Assembly: GCA_965235115.1 (NCBI GenBank) | Contig: OZ249439.1 | Location: 19,530,001 to 19,594,000, forward strand | DNA from: Laetmonice hystrix | Taxonomy: Eukaryota | Direction of reading: 5' to 3' | DNA: 64,000 nt | In this document: positions 10,601-25,600 of the stretch, in pieces | Position numbering within the stretch: the stretch's first letter is position 1 | Layout: the number at the start of each line of letters is the position of its first letter | Notes under the pieces: generated by a model | Databases searched by the model: none | Told to the model about the DNA's origin: nothing | The model's input: only the letters and a program-made list of their open reading frames with translations | Made by a program: the position numbers and the translations under genes

Positions 10601-13600
10601 ATCTGAGACCCTTGTTTCTCCCCACTCCATCAGTGTTGGTAGACGGGGATATTCTTTTACATCTACTCCGATGATCCATGAGTGAAATGGCGATTTATGG
10701 TCCCTATTAATGAGAGCTGGGTGTATTGGTGCTTCCGATCGGCCTGTCTATACTGGACGGAGCCCACCCGATAATAACTAGACCAATACTACCCATTAAT
10801 TATCTGCCATACTTGGACACCCAGGCTAGCTGTGCTACACAACTGTCAGCTGACAGGACAGCTGCAGGCTCGCATGATTACTTTGGATCCCAGTTTATTT
10901 AATAGGCAAGGGGCACAGAGGACAATGGCAACTTTCTTTCCTTCCATGCATTATATTCAACGTCATGTTACCACATATAGTTTTAATCCTTCAACCTGAC
11001 AATACCACAAACATTAGGAAGCTTTCCTTAGTATGACTAATATGAAATAAGTCTAGCTGTAAGTAGCTTTCTGTAGAGCACGTCATATAATTACCGCCAA
11101 TTTAAGTTTAATAATAGAGCTTATCATCATAAGCAGAGCATAGGAAAGAACCTTTCAATACCACCGCCAATGACATGATATTCCACGATCTTTGACAAAG
11201 AATCAGCTAGTTTATAACTGGAGGAGACCTCTCCACCTGAGTCCCTTTCACAGAGCGATACATGTAGTGTATTTCTGTGTGAACGCACAGACACAAAGAA
11301 AAGAAAGCCATAATTTACTGTCTATGTCCTGCCAGTCACAACAATCCCACCGCCCTTCAGCCCCAACGTTGCCAATGAATCAGACTTCTAACATCTGAGA
11401 AATCGAGGCTCTTCACTAAAGGCTGCATATATCTGTGTTTTCAGGCATTTGAAACACATGCATCGTTCACTTCTGGCACACATCCAGGGTGGTAAGCTGT
11501 AAAGGTAATTCTGAATTTGGCATACGGTACTTGGTGACTGTAAACGACATCACAGCTAGGAGTGGGCGTTAAAGCTGAAAGTAACTGCTTCATACTTTGA
11601 CACTAAATACGGCTGAGACTCTGAGGGATCAACTAGAATGACTTGCTCTGATTCATTTAATGACTACCGTTCATTATTTCAACTGTGGGGGTAAACCCGG
11701 GAAATTTACCGTACTTCACCACTCCTTCCAAATATTTCACAGAATCATGAGTTATGCAGAAATAGAAATACATGTAACAGCAATCTTCAAAATCAAAGAA
11801 GCTTGTTGTTTTCGAGGACACGATACCTATTTTTAACCTCTAAGGTAAACTAATACAACCCGCCAAGGAAATAAGCTATGCCGTCATGCACTGATAAGGA
11901 CACAGCTCGTACAGTGAGTAGCTCATTTTACAAACCCCAGATACCGGTTGCTTTCAGACAGCTTCAATGGACCTCTGCATGCTTATTACAACCATACCCA
12001 TACCTCTTCCCAACAATTCAGCTGAATTCTTCTGCGTTCAGACAACTGAATACAAAAGAAAAAAACAGTGGTACCCGTGTCCTTGGAAGATAAGTGGCAT
12101 TCAAACTTTGTAGTGTGTTCAGGTAATCTTGGGGCCGGGGTTCGATTCCTGTAGAGGACTATACAACTTTTCTCTTTAGGGACATTGTCAAAGTAATTGG
12201 GTTACCCCTGATGCCCGTGCATTTCAAAAGAAAAAAACAGTGGTACACGTGTCCTTGGAAGATAAGTGGCATTCAAACTTTGTAGTGTGTTCAGGATGGC
12301 GAAATTCTACCAACCTCTGAAAGAGTCTTAGAATATCTCTTAGTACCAATACATAACGTTTGGTGGATTTAATCTGTCTAGTTACATGAGATATAGAGGT
12401 CGAAATTGATTAGATATATGGAGCAATGGCAGAGAAAACTAGCGTGCATAGGGTAAATAAATAACATCAATCTGCCAGTGTGAAAAAATATATGGCCCAA
12501 TGACTGGACAAATTATGTCATCTAGTGGCAAGATAGATGCCCTGTTAGAGTGTCATGTTGCGAACTATGACAATATTTGCTGAGAAACAGGAGGACCCCT
12601 GGACCTCCTTATCTGATTGATACTTCTACAGTCTATATCTCTTGTCATCCTAGAAGTGGTCATTCTACCGAGGGATAAATCACACCAGAAACCGACCAGC
12701 CGTGACCGTTTGCCAGATGGCTAGGGATGCCGCTGTGAACGTCATCTTGGCCATATCGCTGGGTCACAGCCATACGCATGTTGGCGAGCCAAATGTTGCC
12801 ACCAGAGCCAGTAAAGACCTCAGCAACATGTGGCCTTCATCTTGATATTCCATGCTATATTACCATAAATATGTTCAATGGGGCAGCTAAATACACTGTA
12901 GACAATGATGAGTCTAAACAGACTGTTTGTCTTGAGGCCAGGCTGGCCAGAAAATAGGTCTCCTTAATAAGGGCATTGTGGCGGGACAGACCGTCCTAAC
13001 AGTGGACGAGCGGACATGTGTAATCCATTCTCTGCTGACTTGCCATGGGACGTGTCTAACAACTCGGATCAGTCAGGAGGATTGGTTATTGAGATATTCA
13101 CCAGACAAGGAGGAGAAGATTCGTATGTGGTTGATAAACACCCCCTCCCCCGCCGCCTTATAGTCTGACATGGAAGATGATATTCTGGATTCATTGGTCA
13201 CTATGTGATTAAACCACCTGTCCAACAACATTTCAACCATGTGGACTGAATTAGGTAATGAAATACGGTATTTAGTAAACCTGACAACAGTATTTGCAGT
13301 TACTGGCAGTTGTATGCTTGGAAGGAAAACACAAAGTTATATTACGTGAAAGGAGACTTTTTTTACGTGCATCTAAACTTAACGGCAGGTCAGAGTTGTG
13401 GTTATGATTTAGTCCAGTCTGACCTGACGTTTTCATGACCACGCCTTCCCTGTCCAATTATAAAGTTTCCCCGGCTAGAGTGGCCTTCATCAACATATCC
13501 CATGCGACACTCATGTAAAATGTGGTAAATTTCGAATGCAAATTCTTTACGTAATTCTTATGATATTCATTATACATGTACATGTGTGCACTGTACATAA

Positions 13601-16600
13601 ATAGTAAATCGAGCACATTAATGTATTAAATCATTTTGGGTTATTTCTCCATGGTAACGTCTCCACCAAATTTTTGTGCAGGGGTTCGGGTTAAGGTCAG
13701 GGATAGGGATAGGATAGGGATATATTTTGGGAGGTGTAGGGCCCGGGGTTAGGGGTTATGAATAAGGTCAGGGCTACGGTTCTTTACTTTCGACCACATT
13801 TCGTGGGGTTTAAGTTATCACGGGCGATGTAGCCGATTTTGAAATAAACTGAGGGCAACATTAATTTTGTGAATGTCACTAAAATATAACGACATCGTCT
13901 GTATTTGGTTTAAATATTATTATGATATGAAATATTTCCTGAACGTTTTGACTCCTGTTGTTACACACAACTACTACTGTCCTCATTCACCTAATTATCC
14001 CCCACGGATTCTGAGGTAACTCGGTACTTATATTTGACTTCGATTCCTTGCCTTGAGTGTTCACCGAACCGGAACCCTTCCGACTTGGACCGTAAACCCC
14101 AAAGATTAGTGCACTAAATAATACGTCTCAAAATCTATCACAGCCGCTTTAACTGGAGGATTTCTATATATGGGACTGCAGAGATCTCTACTGAATCTTA
14201 ATACTATAGCTGCTGACCGTGGACCTCTGACCAAAATAGTTTCTTCCCGATTCAGAAGTACATGTATGTGTACACATGTAATCACATTCACGCAATCCAC
14301 ATTCTACGGGTTTATCAATAATTATTAAAGACATCTGTTTCTTTAATCTAGATCTGGATCTATTCCATATATCATTGGTCCTGGTCATTTACTGTTTTAA
14401 ACTCATTCTAATTCAATGTACATATTCCGAAGACAGATACATGCCAGTTAGAAATTCATTTTCTTTTGTGAATAAGTATTAGGAGCATGTCGTTGTGATC
14501 CTCCCCGTCTCCCCCAGACCAGACCGACTTGATGAGGGCACCGGGGAACAGTGGCCCTGGGGACACAGGTACACTGACATTACCGGTATGTCTACAGGTA
14601 GTTAGTGCCACACCCATCCTCAAGCGCTGCCACCACAGCACCTCTCTGACAACAGACGACCGACATTCTCTGAGTAACTAGGTTTGCCTCTCAGTCTTCA
14701 TTCCTGAAGCCAACTTCATACATGTACCTGACCTACAAAACACAATAGGCACTTGGACGGAACACAGATTGCAGGGGCTGTGGGCGGCAGGACAATGTCA
14801 ACTCTTGCAACTTAAGCAAGCAACGACACCTATTTTAATAATATCTTCTGTTCTTTGGCTACACTCTCTACTTAAAATAATGTTCCTTGGGTTTTACAAA
14901 CGTACCAGAATAACTATGGGGGGCTACAACCTCTGACCACTATGATTTTGTGAGGGAGAAGTCGCATGGCGATCGGTACAGGTCCGAATATGAAACTATA
15001 ATTTGGTACTAAAGAGGTTGACATTTGAGAGAACTTCATGCTTGTGTGAACACAGCTATCGTTTCTACAAGGGACGGAAAACAAGAACAGTCTGTATGTG
15101 TTTTGATTGGAAGGCCACATTTTGCCTGTGTCTGATTGTCCTATAGTGTCAACTCAAACCTTGCCTGGGTCATCGGTCGCCCTTGTAACTTCAAGGTAGA
15201 CAGCACATTACAATGCCACTTTAGGACAAGGCTAAATATAGTTTTTCTTTTATTCGACCGACACTGTCTGGTAGAAAGCATGTCATGAACCAAACGGCTT
15301 GCGCTGTTGATTTCTTGACTGACAGGAGGCGTTTGGTCGACTCTTGAAAGTACGTATAACTAGAAGTTGTTGACACTGTGGCACCTTCTTCCAATGAAGA
15401 ATGCATGTTAATCTAATACAAGATCAAATTGATTACATTTTGGTTTTTCACACTAGTCACTAGCTCCATCTCTGAGAGGAAGGGTTTGTGTCAGTGATGG
15501 GGGAGGAGAAATTAGTGAATCAGAGAAATGGCAGCATGGGCCTCTTGAGTTTTTCTGCAACGTAACCAACGTGAGTCCAATGTAACACACCATGTGTTAA
15601 TTTCTCTCATGGTGCCTGGCGGGTGATGTACCATACTGTCAAGGTTATTCGTGATATTAAACAATTTAAGATGTATTCCTGTTATCTTGATTCCCGGGGC
15701 AGACAACACCAAGGCATGCACTAAGACATGACACGTCATCTTAAATCTTCTGATGATAGTCACGTTTATCCGCCAGCATAAAACTACCGTTTAGCAACTA
15801 AAACGGTCGGTCCTTCTTCAGTCAACCCAACAGCTTGTCTAACCTCTATTTTTAACTTGAAAGAAGTTCTTCCATTCTATTTACGGAAGGCGGACAAGTA
15901 CCTGGTTAAAAAGCACATCAAACAACATGAGTAACATGTACCAGCCGCCTTAACAATATACTAACTACCGGGTCGTACGTGAATCACCAAGTGTTGTCTT
16001 TAGGATCGGCCAAACTGGTATTTTGAATCGTAACTTTGCGGGAATTATTTGATTGCGTTAATAACAAATTGAGTCCGAGACAGCGAGGAAGTTTGATGTA
16101 TTAGCAATTGATTAATGAATGAAAGGGATCTGCCTGTAACAGCTGTCGTTCCGTACAGAACCGTATGTATAGTATTTTCAAAATTGTAGTTTATCATTTC
16201 TGATACTGACATGAAAATAGACGGTTATCAGGATAGTCTAGTCTAATATTCGGTAGAATATGACACGGTCTGATAGAAATTCATCGATCTCGCCACATAC
16301 GCTGACATGCGTGAGCTCTGCTAGCACGTTCTCCTGTATAATGTTTACCCATTGTAAATGTGTTGGTCACCTAGGACTGCCCTTCAGTCCTCCCTGTCCC
16401 AGATGTGGGCGGCGACTCTTCCAGTGGGCGTGTTCACTTCTTCTTGGGATTTTGCCTTTATCTGACTCGGCACTATCGTGTGTCAAACGTCTCTGTTGTT
16501 GTGCCTATAGTGCTATATCGAGTTACTATGATCTACGTATACCGCGCTTGGGGGGGGGTGCGAAAAGGGAAAATATATGAATTATGGCCCATATGTTTAC

Positions 16601-19600
16601 AAGCATTCTCAATATCACGAGTTAGCAACAGATTTAAAGTTATCTTATGCGTTTCATGCAACTTCAAGGAAACAGAATTGCTGACTGGTGACCTACTTGA
16701 CCTGTAGCCATAAAAATGGAGGATGCGCGACCTTGTACTGACCTCACACTATGTAAACCCAGTGTACCATATGTGTCTGGAACATGTTTTCGGCATTCTT
16801 CGTGCCATGTAAACATTACTGTCGCATCAACTTTGTTTTACAGTTATCATTGTAGCACATGTTCGAATTCAACGCAACTATTTCTATATCAAAAATTCTA
16901 ATGTATCCTAAGACTTCGTGATTTGAGGCGGGGAGGAGTTTCTGTAGAGCAGCTGTGACTGGTATGGACTTCAATCGGAGGTCGTATCATTTTAATGGTG
17001 TACTCAGGAAAAGCCCACAAATCTGACCCTGAGTGTAGAATTATGGTTTGATGTAGCGGCTGTTTCAATGCTGGGTGTCCATCCCTGCAGAGATTCCGTA
17101 AGTCCCTCGTAGGAAGGTAGCAACAGGTGGGCCTCGTAGTTGCACAGTTTTTGGCTGGAGGGCCTGATCTTGGCAATGCCAGTGAGGAGTGCCTCACAAC
17201 TGGGAGGACGATCCTCTCCAACAAATTTGGCTCACACTCAGAACTTCCTCTTCGTTACGATCGTGTTTGACTAATGCGTAATTATTTAAATGTACTTCAT
17301 TATCAGATCCATGTTTACGCATATAGACTTCAGGCTTCCTTTCAACCCTGGTACGGGTGTAATTCTTTCAATTCATCAAAACACTTCGTCTGTGCATGGA
17401 GGCATCACCGTAGGAAGTAAAAGTAGCCTTTCAGGGTCAGTTCCATTGACAAATTATTTTTTTCTTTCCACATGAGTTTTATGGTCTTATAACTCTGTTT
17501 TCGCCGTGAAGATGGCCCCGGATGCCGACACGGCGCAAAACAACCACTACTCACTCACTCTCTCTTTCCACATGATAACAGTCAGGCATAAATATTGAAA
17601 ACAGGCTTAACGTACGTTCTCGCTTCCAAATACAGTTTAACGATTATGTTGGTTGTTTACAGTTAAATCAGCTTGTATGGTGCAATGATTTATAGAAGTG
17701 TTCTTTAGACCCGCCAACCTATGTTGTTATCTTGGGTGGAACACGGAAATGCCCCTGTCGATTCCATATCCTAACTGTTAACAGCTGATCTGAAAAGCTA
17801 CAAATGGTTTCCCGCTGAACAGCTCCGAGCTGCAACAACGCAACAACAATGTGCCATTCTTATTTCTACGAGAAAAAACATTCTGCTCCTTGGTCATAGC
17901 TAACGTTAAAAACAGTTTATATGTCCAAAAGTATGTTTGTTCTCAGCATTTTAAGTCATCGGGTGCCTTTCATCCGCTACCTGACAGTGCACAGCTCGCT
18001 AGCCTACATCACGAAGCATTGACCAACCAGACATCCAAGTATGTACGTACGTGGCAACTGCTGTGGACAATGGGCACATTGAGATGTGCGAAATCCCATA
18101 CCAGGCGCTACGAGGAGTTCATGAAGGAAGGATTTTGTACGGACACAGGACCAGATGGACAGTTCGCCGTAAAACATGATTCGCGTAGCCGCCGCCGCAA
18201 CGTACGCCCGTAAACAATATGTCACACCACCTCAACCCAGTCATACAGGACACTGCAGAGGTCATCTTCTTGATGCTAGCATCATATCTTCACTTTCTGG
18301 GCTATCAACTTTTACCACATAAACAAAATTTAAACCGAATAAATGATTTCAAAACTTACACATGGACTAATTTATATTGATCTTTAAATCTCAGCTTAAA
18401 TGTTTTTATTTTGATACGGGCTATAGTGTCATCTACATGCACTTATCTTGTTGGTGTTAAAACATCTACATGTATTTACATCCTGATGTCAGATATGATA
18501 AACCAAGTATTCTCAGTGGCGTTCATGCAGCAGGAGATCTGAAACTAACAGTTCCCGTAGGTTTCTGATCATAACGAAACAGCTTTAGTTTAATTTGTAT
18601 ATAACTTCGAATAAGATATATCGTTGTATTTGCAGGGTTAGAGAGCCAGACTGACTGACCTCACTGTAATGCCGACACCCCTCGTGATCACAAATCCTGC
18701 CAAACCAGGACACACACATCTATAGCACTTCCCCTACCCACAATCAGCCCACCATATAAGGCAGTGCAATGAAACATCTGCCAGGAAACACAAGTTTTAC
18801 CAAAAACCTTTCTGACCCTCACACCATGAGCGACACAGCTGAAATATAATTTTGTAGACTGTATACCAAAGTGTTCATACAGCCACAAAGATATATTTTG
18901 AAGGAAAATTCTAATTCTAACCTGAAATAAAGGGACCATAAAAGTATCATATTCACTTTTTCCTCTGGTAGGAAAAAGTGACTATAATTACGACTACCGA
19001 GACTTCCCCGAGGCCATCCCTGGTTGTCCCAGGCTGTATTACTGCATCCTACTCAATGTTACGAAACTATACTACATGTATATTGGAATACCGACATTGA
19101 GGTATTACAATATCAAACGCGGATTTAATGACGGAAGAGCCCTATAGTTGTAATCAATCAGTACACCTCCTCCCCCTGCCCTGAAACCTGATATCTGGGA
19201 CGAGTTTGATGACATGGACGAACCTGTGGTCGGAGCCACAATAACAGGACGTAATGGGCCCCAGGATATGGGCCCCAAGGTCTGCGGCAACATGGATGTG
19301 ATCTGGTGCCAAGTTCTGCTCACTGACCTGATGACTTTAGTCTTACATCACATGTATCAACATAAGTTCTGGACAGAGTCACGGGGATCTCACACTAAGA
19401 CCGTCATCTGAGACTTTCATTCAAAACCTTGGGGAATTCCCTCTCTTAAGTTATGTGGTCTAAATCACGACATGTAGAGACTGTGGCTTGGGACGGGGAA
19501 AAAAACTTACTAATAGTCTCGAAACACATCATTTCCGTTTGCCAAAAACGATCTTTTCCCTTTTTTGGGGGCTTACATTTCGACACTCTTTTCCAATGTA

Positions 19601-22600
19601 TGTATAATTTATCTTTATATTTCGATTTTAAAAATGTCCACACAAACAAGGGACTTGAGCCAGTGCTAGGCCAATGTTCCCTTACTGTAGACCGTGGAGG
19701 GCGCTCCAACAGCACCAGTATAAGAAACCTAGCAGATCGTGTTTTATTGGTTTGCCCCAGTGAGGAAGGCATCAAAGCATAAAAAAACCCTCCAGCGGTT
19801 CTAGTATGGGAGCTATGCTGTACAGATATACTGGCCTGTCGGGCTGTGCACACCGTAACCTAGTCACTTTTTACGTTGTCCAAGGGTGGCGGAGTACATT
19901 GGGCAATAACTTGTCGACCTCAATGGTTCGCTTTTCTAGTTGTGACCGTACGTTCCCCCCTCATTGTGTTCGAGATTACAACATATATAATCACATAACG
20001 ATACATAGATCATACATGTATACCGTAGTCAACTTCAAGGGCGCCTATCAGTGTTTGGAATGAAAGAGTCTACACTATTCTATTGGCAAATTCATTTCCT
20101 CAATCTGATTTAAAGCAAGGCAGAATGTACACGGGCAAAATACTAAATAAGCGGGAGTGACAGCATCTTTCACCTGTTCCAACTATTGACAGCATGAAAG
20201 TTTCTAGTGCCCCCAGTTTGACAGCTTTCCCAGCTTGTCAATTATTATTCTCTCCACAGTCCCAGTGTGAAACATGACGACTGGGTGCATTACCTGGGAG
20301 GGCCCTGTTCATACCCTCCTCCGCCCCGCCCCTTTAATGGGGCTTTTTCTCTCTCTCTGAGGGATTGCAATCATTTAGTATGTAATCTGCCTCCTGAATC
20401 TAGATGGCGGAAACAACAAAATACCGCGGCGGTGGGCCGAATCACAACAGACATCACTTGATGGCAAACTTTTCTATGAATACACGTACTACGTGAACTG
20501 CACCAGGACAATTTTCTTGGATACCATGAGGGTCATGCCATGACATACAATGTATCTGAGCCAGTTGGTGGAGATTGTTCGTGACAGGCCCACGGAAGTT
20601 ATGACCCATTAATTTCCCTTTTTCTGAGGCTGTTCTACGCGACAGATAACTATTTATAAGGGAACCGATGGCCATTTTGCCTTGATTTCTGTGTCTCATG
20701 AATTCATATCTACGACATTTTGAATATGTGAATAAATATGCTATTGACCTCAGTATAAGAAGTAAATGTGACAGGAGTGATCATGATGTGACTTTCCATT
20801 GTCAACAGTTCCCATGTTTCTTATTTATTTTGACAGAAAAGTAATAAGGTGCTGGAGAAAGGATACTAAAGATGTATACATGATCGATACGCAAGGTTGA
20901 TCTCAGAAAATGACCTGACTGCTGTTCATTGCCCGGTAGATCCCCTAACTGCTCCAGCTGTCGGTGTACCCCGTGACGGAGGCTACAACAACCATGCATT
21001 TACTAGTTTCGCTTCAACATCCTACTTTTGTGTGTTTTAACCGACCGGAACCCCATGACCAGTACGGCCAGTGGCCGCCCTATTTACATGACCATGATTG
21101 TATATGTCACTGTGTGCCCTCAATGTACTGGATTCGCTGTACTTACCCAAAATTTGGGTCGGCCAAAGCAGCAGCAACTCTTTTTCTCCTTGCCCATGGT
21201 TCCTAATGTGATTATCCGATGGATGACAGAAATCCTTAAAGTATCTAGAAACTTGTGTATAGTTTTGTCACAAAAGACACCAGCAGTTGTTCCTATGTAA
21301 CGGACCAGTGGTTGCAGTGCGAGGAATCACTCGAGCTCCATGTACAAGTATCATGATGCCACTCTGATGGGGGCAGACAGTGAGTGAACAAATTTAGCAA
21401 CTGTGTGGCAATATATGATGTGTTGTCTGGCCTAGGAGGCAGCAGCGAGCATCTGAGGCTCAGTGCTGCAGGATCTGCACCATCTGTGCTGGTTTACTCA
21501 AGTCTTAGCGGAGACCCCTCGATGCCCACAGTGCTGGTAGGTTTTGGTCAACTACAGGCGCGGTGGTAGTTACATGGCTCAATGGTAATGGCTGTTACCC
21601 TCTAGTACATTCCTCATCACCATGTCATAGAAACTCTCGCTGATCACACCTTAATCCACCTGTCCTCGCTGTACTCCGGAGTAACTACAACTGGTAGTAC
21701 CTCTCAGGTCTGGCAGGCAGTTATGGTCCAGTGATGACTTGTCTCAAAGAAGCACAACTTGGCCTTGAGACAGAGAGTGAAGAATGCAGTGAGTCAGTCT
21801 CAAGGAGGGTGAAGGGGTGTGTGCGTGGTTATTCGGGCCAGGCTCATATCCTCCTGGCCTCCCCTCGCCGTGACAGCCTGGTTCAGTGCCGACGGGGTCG
21901 ACAATGCCAAGCCAAGTGTGACCTAACCCACAAACAGCCACCGGCAGTTGGGGAGTTCACTGTTTGTGTTAGGGGTTAGGTTCTCCCTTCCCCTCCGACC
22001 ATTTGGTCCCAGGCTTGCTCCACTGGGTATGGGATTCAACTGGTATATGATCGTCTGTGGCCCGCTCGGTCGAGGCCAACTCCAGCTCACTGTCTTCTGA
22101 ACATCACTAGAGCTGTAGTATCCTGATGACTCCCTCGCTCTCGTCCGGTCAACTGAGGCTCAACTGGTGGCAGTGCTGGCCGTCTGGCCTCACCCAGACT
22201 GTGTCAGTGACCGCCTGTCAGTTCTCCGAGCTGGGCGGTGAGTGAGCCCACCACGCACGGGTGTACGGACCGTAGGACCACCGACACTGAGCCAGGGACA
22301 TCATTATGGCGTTACCATGCACGATGAATGTATGTCAGCTGGTTTTATTCTCGGTGTACATTGAAGCCGGTACCGGTGTATACATACAGATCCCTCCTTT
22401 CTCTCTCAGACAGTCCACTTGTACCCATCTCAGGAACTTACACCTGTGGTTAGGTCCACAACGCATCGACACGATTTCAGGAAACTAACTTTGGTAAAAC
22501 GTCTGAGGTCAGGAATGTGTAACATCGTGTAAATCAATTACTTTCCTCAATAAACATCTACTGGTCAAAATACAAGGAAGCACACATAAACAACCACCAC

Positions 22601-25600
22601 TGTTACAAATATCCAATGCTTCATAAATTCCCCACAAATATGATCCAGGGAGCTCTTCGAGTGGAGCTGAAACTTGTTTTCACGTTACCCTTCATGTTAC
22701 CCCTTGGATCTGTATCTGTTTAAGGTCGATAGTTATCTAACCCTATACCTCTCGCTGCCTCTACTCCACCAACACTACACCTTCTCTGTCCGTATGTCCG
22801 TTCACTATGACCCGCATATGTCAGATCAAATCATTATGCTAAACTACACCTCAAATCCCTGTGACGGGCAACATCATAAACGGTTATGTAACTACTCCGC
22901 ACAGTGGCAATGGTCTATCCTGTCAAGCTATAGACAATGGGTGCAGCAACACTGGACATGTCAATTAGGTTGAATGCTAAGACAACAAAATTAACGTTAC
23001 TTAGTCCAAATGTATTGCCCGTATGGGGGGACAGAGCGCACTCTGATCTATTTGCTCCATTCACATGTCATAAAGGGCCGGACCCACTGGGGGGGGGGGG
23101 GCCTCGATCGGCACCACACAGTCCACTTTTTCTTCAGAATTTTCATAATAAATATTCCCGTTTTTCAAAAGGCAAGATTAGCCTGTCTTATTCCACTTTT
23201 ATTCTGCAGTTAAGCGACCAACTGGACCACATGTACACTGCATGTTTCACGTTGCGTTTTACATTTCACAATTATATTACCTCCACAGATAACAGAAAAC
23301 TCACATTCAACGCATAAATTTTGACACTGAAAATATCTATCGCACACATATGAAAAAAAAGCTCCCTGCATAACCTACATCTGTTTGGGACACACGCTGC
23401 CAGGACAAGTGCTCTATGTACATAGCCTCCTGTAAGCACCAATGTCTGTATGTAATGTACACACTGACTCTGCGCTGGCCTCAAAGCAGAAGACGCGGTA
23501 CTGTCTTCTACGGGGCTTGGCCGAGCCGCGAATGTACACATACTCCCAAGTAGTCTCAGCTTCTATTTCCCCCCTCCCCGTCTGTGCCTGCCATCTGTCT
23601 ACCATGTCACGGTCACTGACATAGATCCTCGATAATTCGGCCCTGCTGGTCAGTGCATGGTGCTGCCCCCTGGATAGAGGAGTCTTCACCTTGGCAGGAA
23701 TCTACGGTCCAAGATCCGGAACCTCACCTGGAGCTAACAACCACTGTGGGGCTCTCGAGGTCACCATTCCACCGGGCAGCAGCTGACCGCCTGGGCCAGA
23801 TCCTTGGTCTATTTGTTTTACAACAGTTACGTTAACCTATTTATCAAGACACGCATCGAGACAATCACCTCTGACTTTAACAAAATATTGATATATCTAC
23901 AAACTCATTTCCATCAAATATATGAAATCACAATATTTATAGGTCAAAACAGTGAGTAACTTATAGTTCATGCCTTTCTGCATATACACTAATACATAAT
24001 GAAGTACATTGTATTTTACGTGCGCACTTCAATCGGATATTTAATGAAATGAATAATAATCCCCAGTATCTGACTGAATAAGGCAGAGAACACATCCCCA
24101 GGGGTGTATTGTTAAAAGGCACACGCCTGAAAAATGGACTCCATTACATTCATGTTTATCACTTGTATGAGCATTCCCGACCTCTATCTGCTGGTGGTGT
24201 GCCAGCTTGCCTATATAAAGCTATGGCTATCACGCATCGGTCATGCTCGTCGAGTCGTGTGCCATATCTTTATCATACCTCACCGCATTTTTATCACACC
24301 TAGTTGATCACACATTTGATACCTCCACTGAATGAAGTCACAACATCAAACAAGTACTGTAAACCACCATAACTTTGCGACGACCTTTAATTTAACGAAT
24401 GTTTTATTTCTAAAATGGCCCAAGGGGAATGGGTTGCCATATATGCTACCCCAATTCTTGGGTAAGTAAAACATTTAATAGCATGTACATGAGGCCGATG
24501 GATGCAGCGACTACACTTCTCTTTGGCTTTGGTCATTCTTACTGGAATGACCCGTTATTGTTGGGTTTAGATCAGTGATCGCATGACAGTATATCAACGT
24601 GACATTCCGACTGCTCATGTTCCTACCAGTACAAAATATACCTGACTATACTTTCTGACCCGATTCATCGGACTCTGATAGTGATAGAATTTGGTTTCAA
24701 GCTACATTTCTACAGTTGTACGTTGCTGCCCCCTGCAGGCGGAAACATCCAACAGAACACAAAAAGGCAGGGTTAGGAATTCCGCCCCAGCGACTACGCC
24801 TGCGCAGAGTGAGTGAAGACAGTCTGATGTACATACGTTTGTGTCAAGGACCCAATACACGAACCATCCATCCATTAAATGACTAATCTAAGACAGAGGA
24901 GGGGGGAGGTGGAGGGGTATTAATAATTCACAAACTGCACCTCTAAGAAGGTTAGATTTCAGGAAACCTTTCGCTTGCACTCCTAAGGAAATAGAAGTGT
25001 GTCATCCATTTAAAGATTATCACTCCATTATTGTTGTCGCTACCTTATCGCACTCTTTAATATGCTTTGAGTCTGATGAAAGGTTTCAGCTAACCTATTA
25101 GAAGTTCACAATTATTTCACATTTATTACATCAGAGATTGCGTTCATCTCAGTATCCGTCCGACCTGTGCGAGGCCTGTTACAGAGGCTATAGTGTGACA
25201 GAAGATGACGTTAAAGTAAAGTCAGAAACTACAGTGTTAAAAGTATAACAGAAACAGGTACACTGCTGTCCACCTGATTAATTCCCTTCTTGTCTAAATC
25301 ATTAACGTTGGAGACTATTTTCGTGTAGCCCCAACCACACTGCTTTCTCGTACATAAGAATACTAGTTACGGGTAGACGTAAACATAGAAGATGTTGGCT
25401 TGCTGCCAAGGAGTACAATGGATGGCCTGGTTCTCCCATCTCCCGCCACAGTTGTATGACTGTGGACCGACTGGCGGTCTCAGCATGGCTCCACCTTCCC
25501 TCCACCAGGTGAGACCCTGCGGGCCAGGTAGGTTTCACGGCACCGTCTCTGGTTTATACCTGTGTCTGTCGTCTTCAGTAAGTTACCGTCGCACCCCGTC

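Noticed and set aside
12053-12295. CRISPR-like repeat-spacer-repeat
   Set aside because: Only two copies, a 71-bp repeat and a 101-bp spacer, eukaryotic context and no cas genes.
13661-13765. Interstitial telomere
   Set aside because: The units are irregular (GGGATA, GGGTTC, GGTCAG) with no run of consecutive TTAGGG.
16377-16510. Open AG-GT segment (AQQQRRLTHDSAES...) in the 29-kb intron
   Set aside because: It runs phase 0 to phase 2 and would frameshift exon 4. No family similarity.
21384-23840. GC-balanced blocks that looked like LINE reverse-transcriptase remnants
   Set aside because: Hand translation of the longer open stretches showed no RT (YADD-type) or endonuclease motifs.
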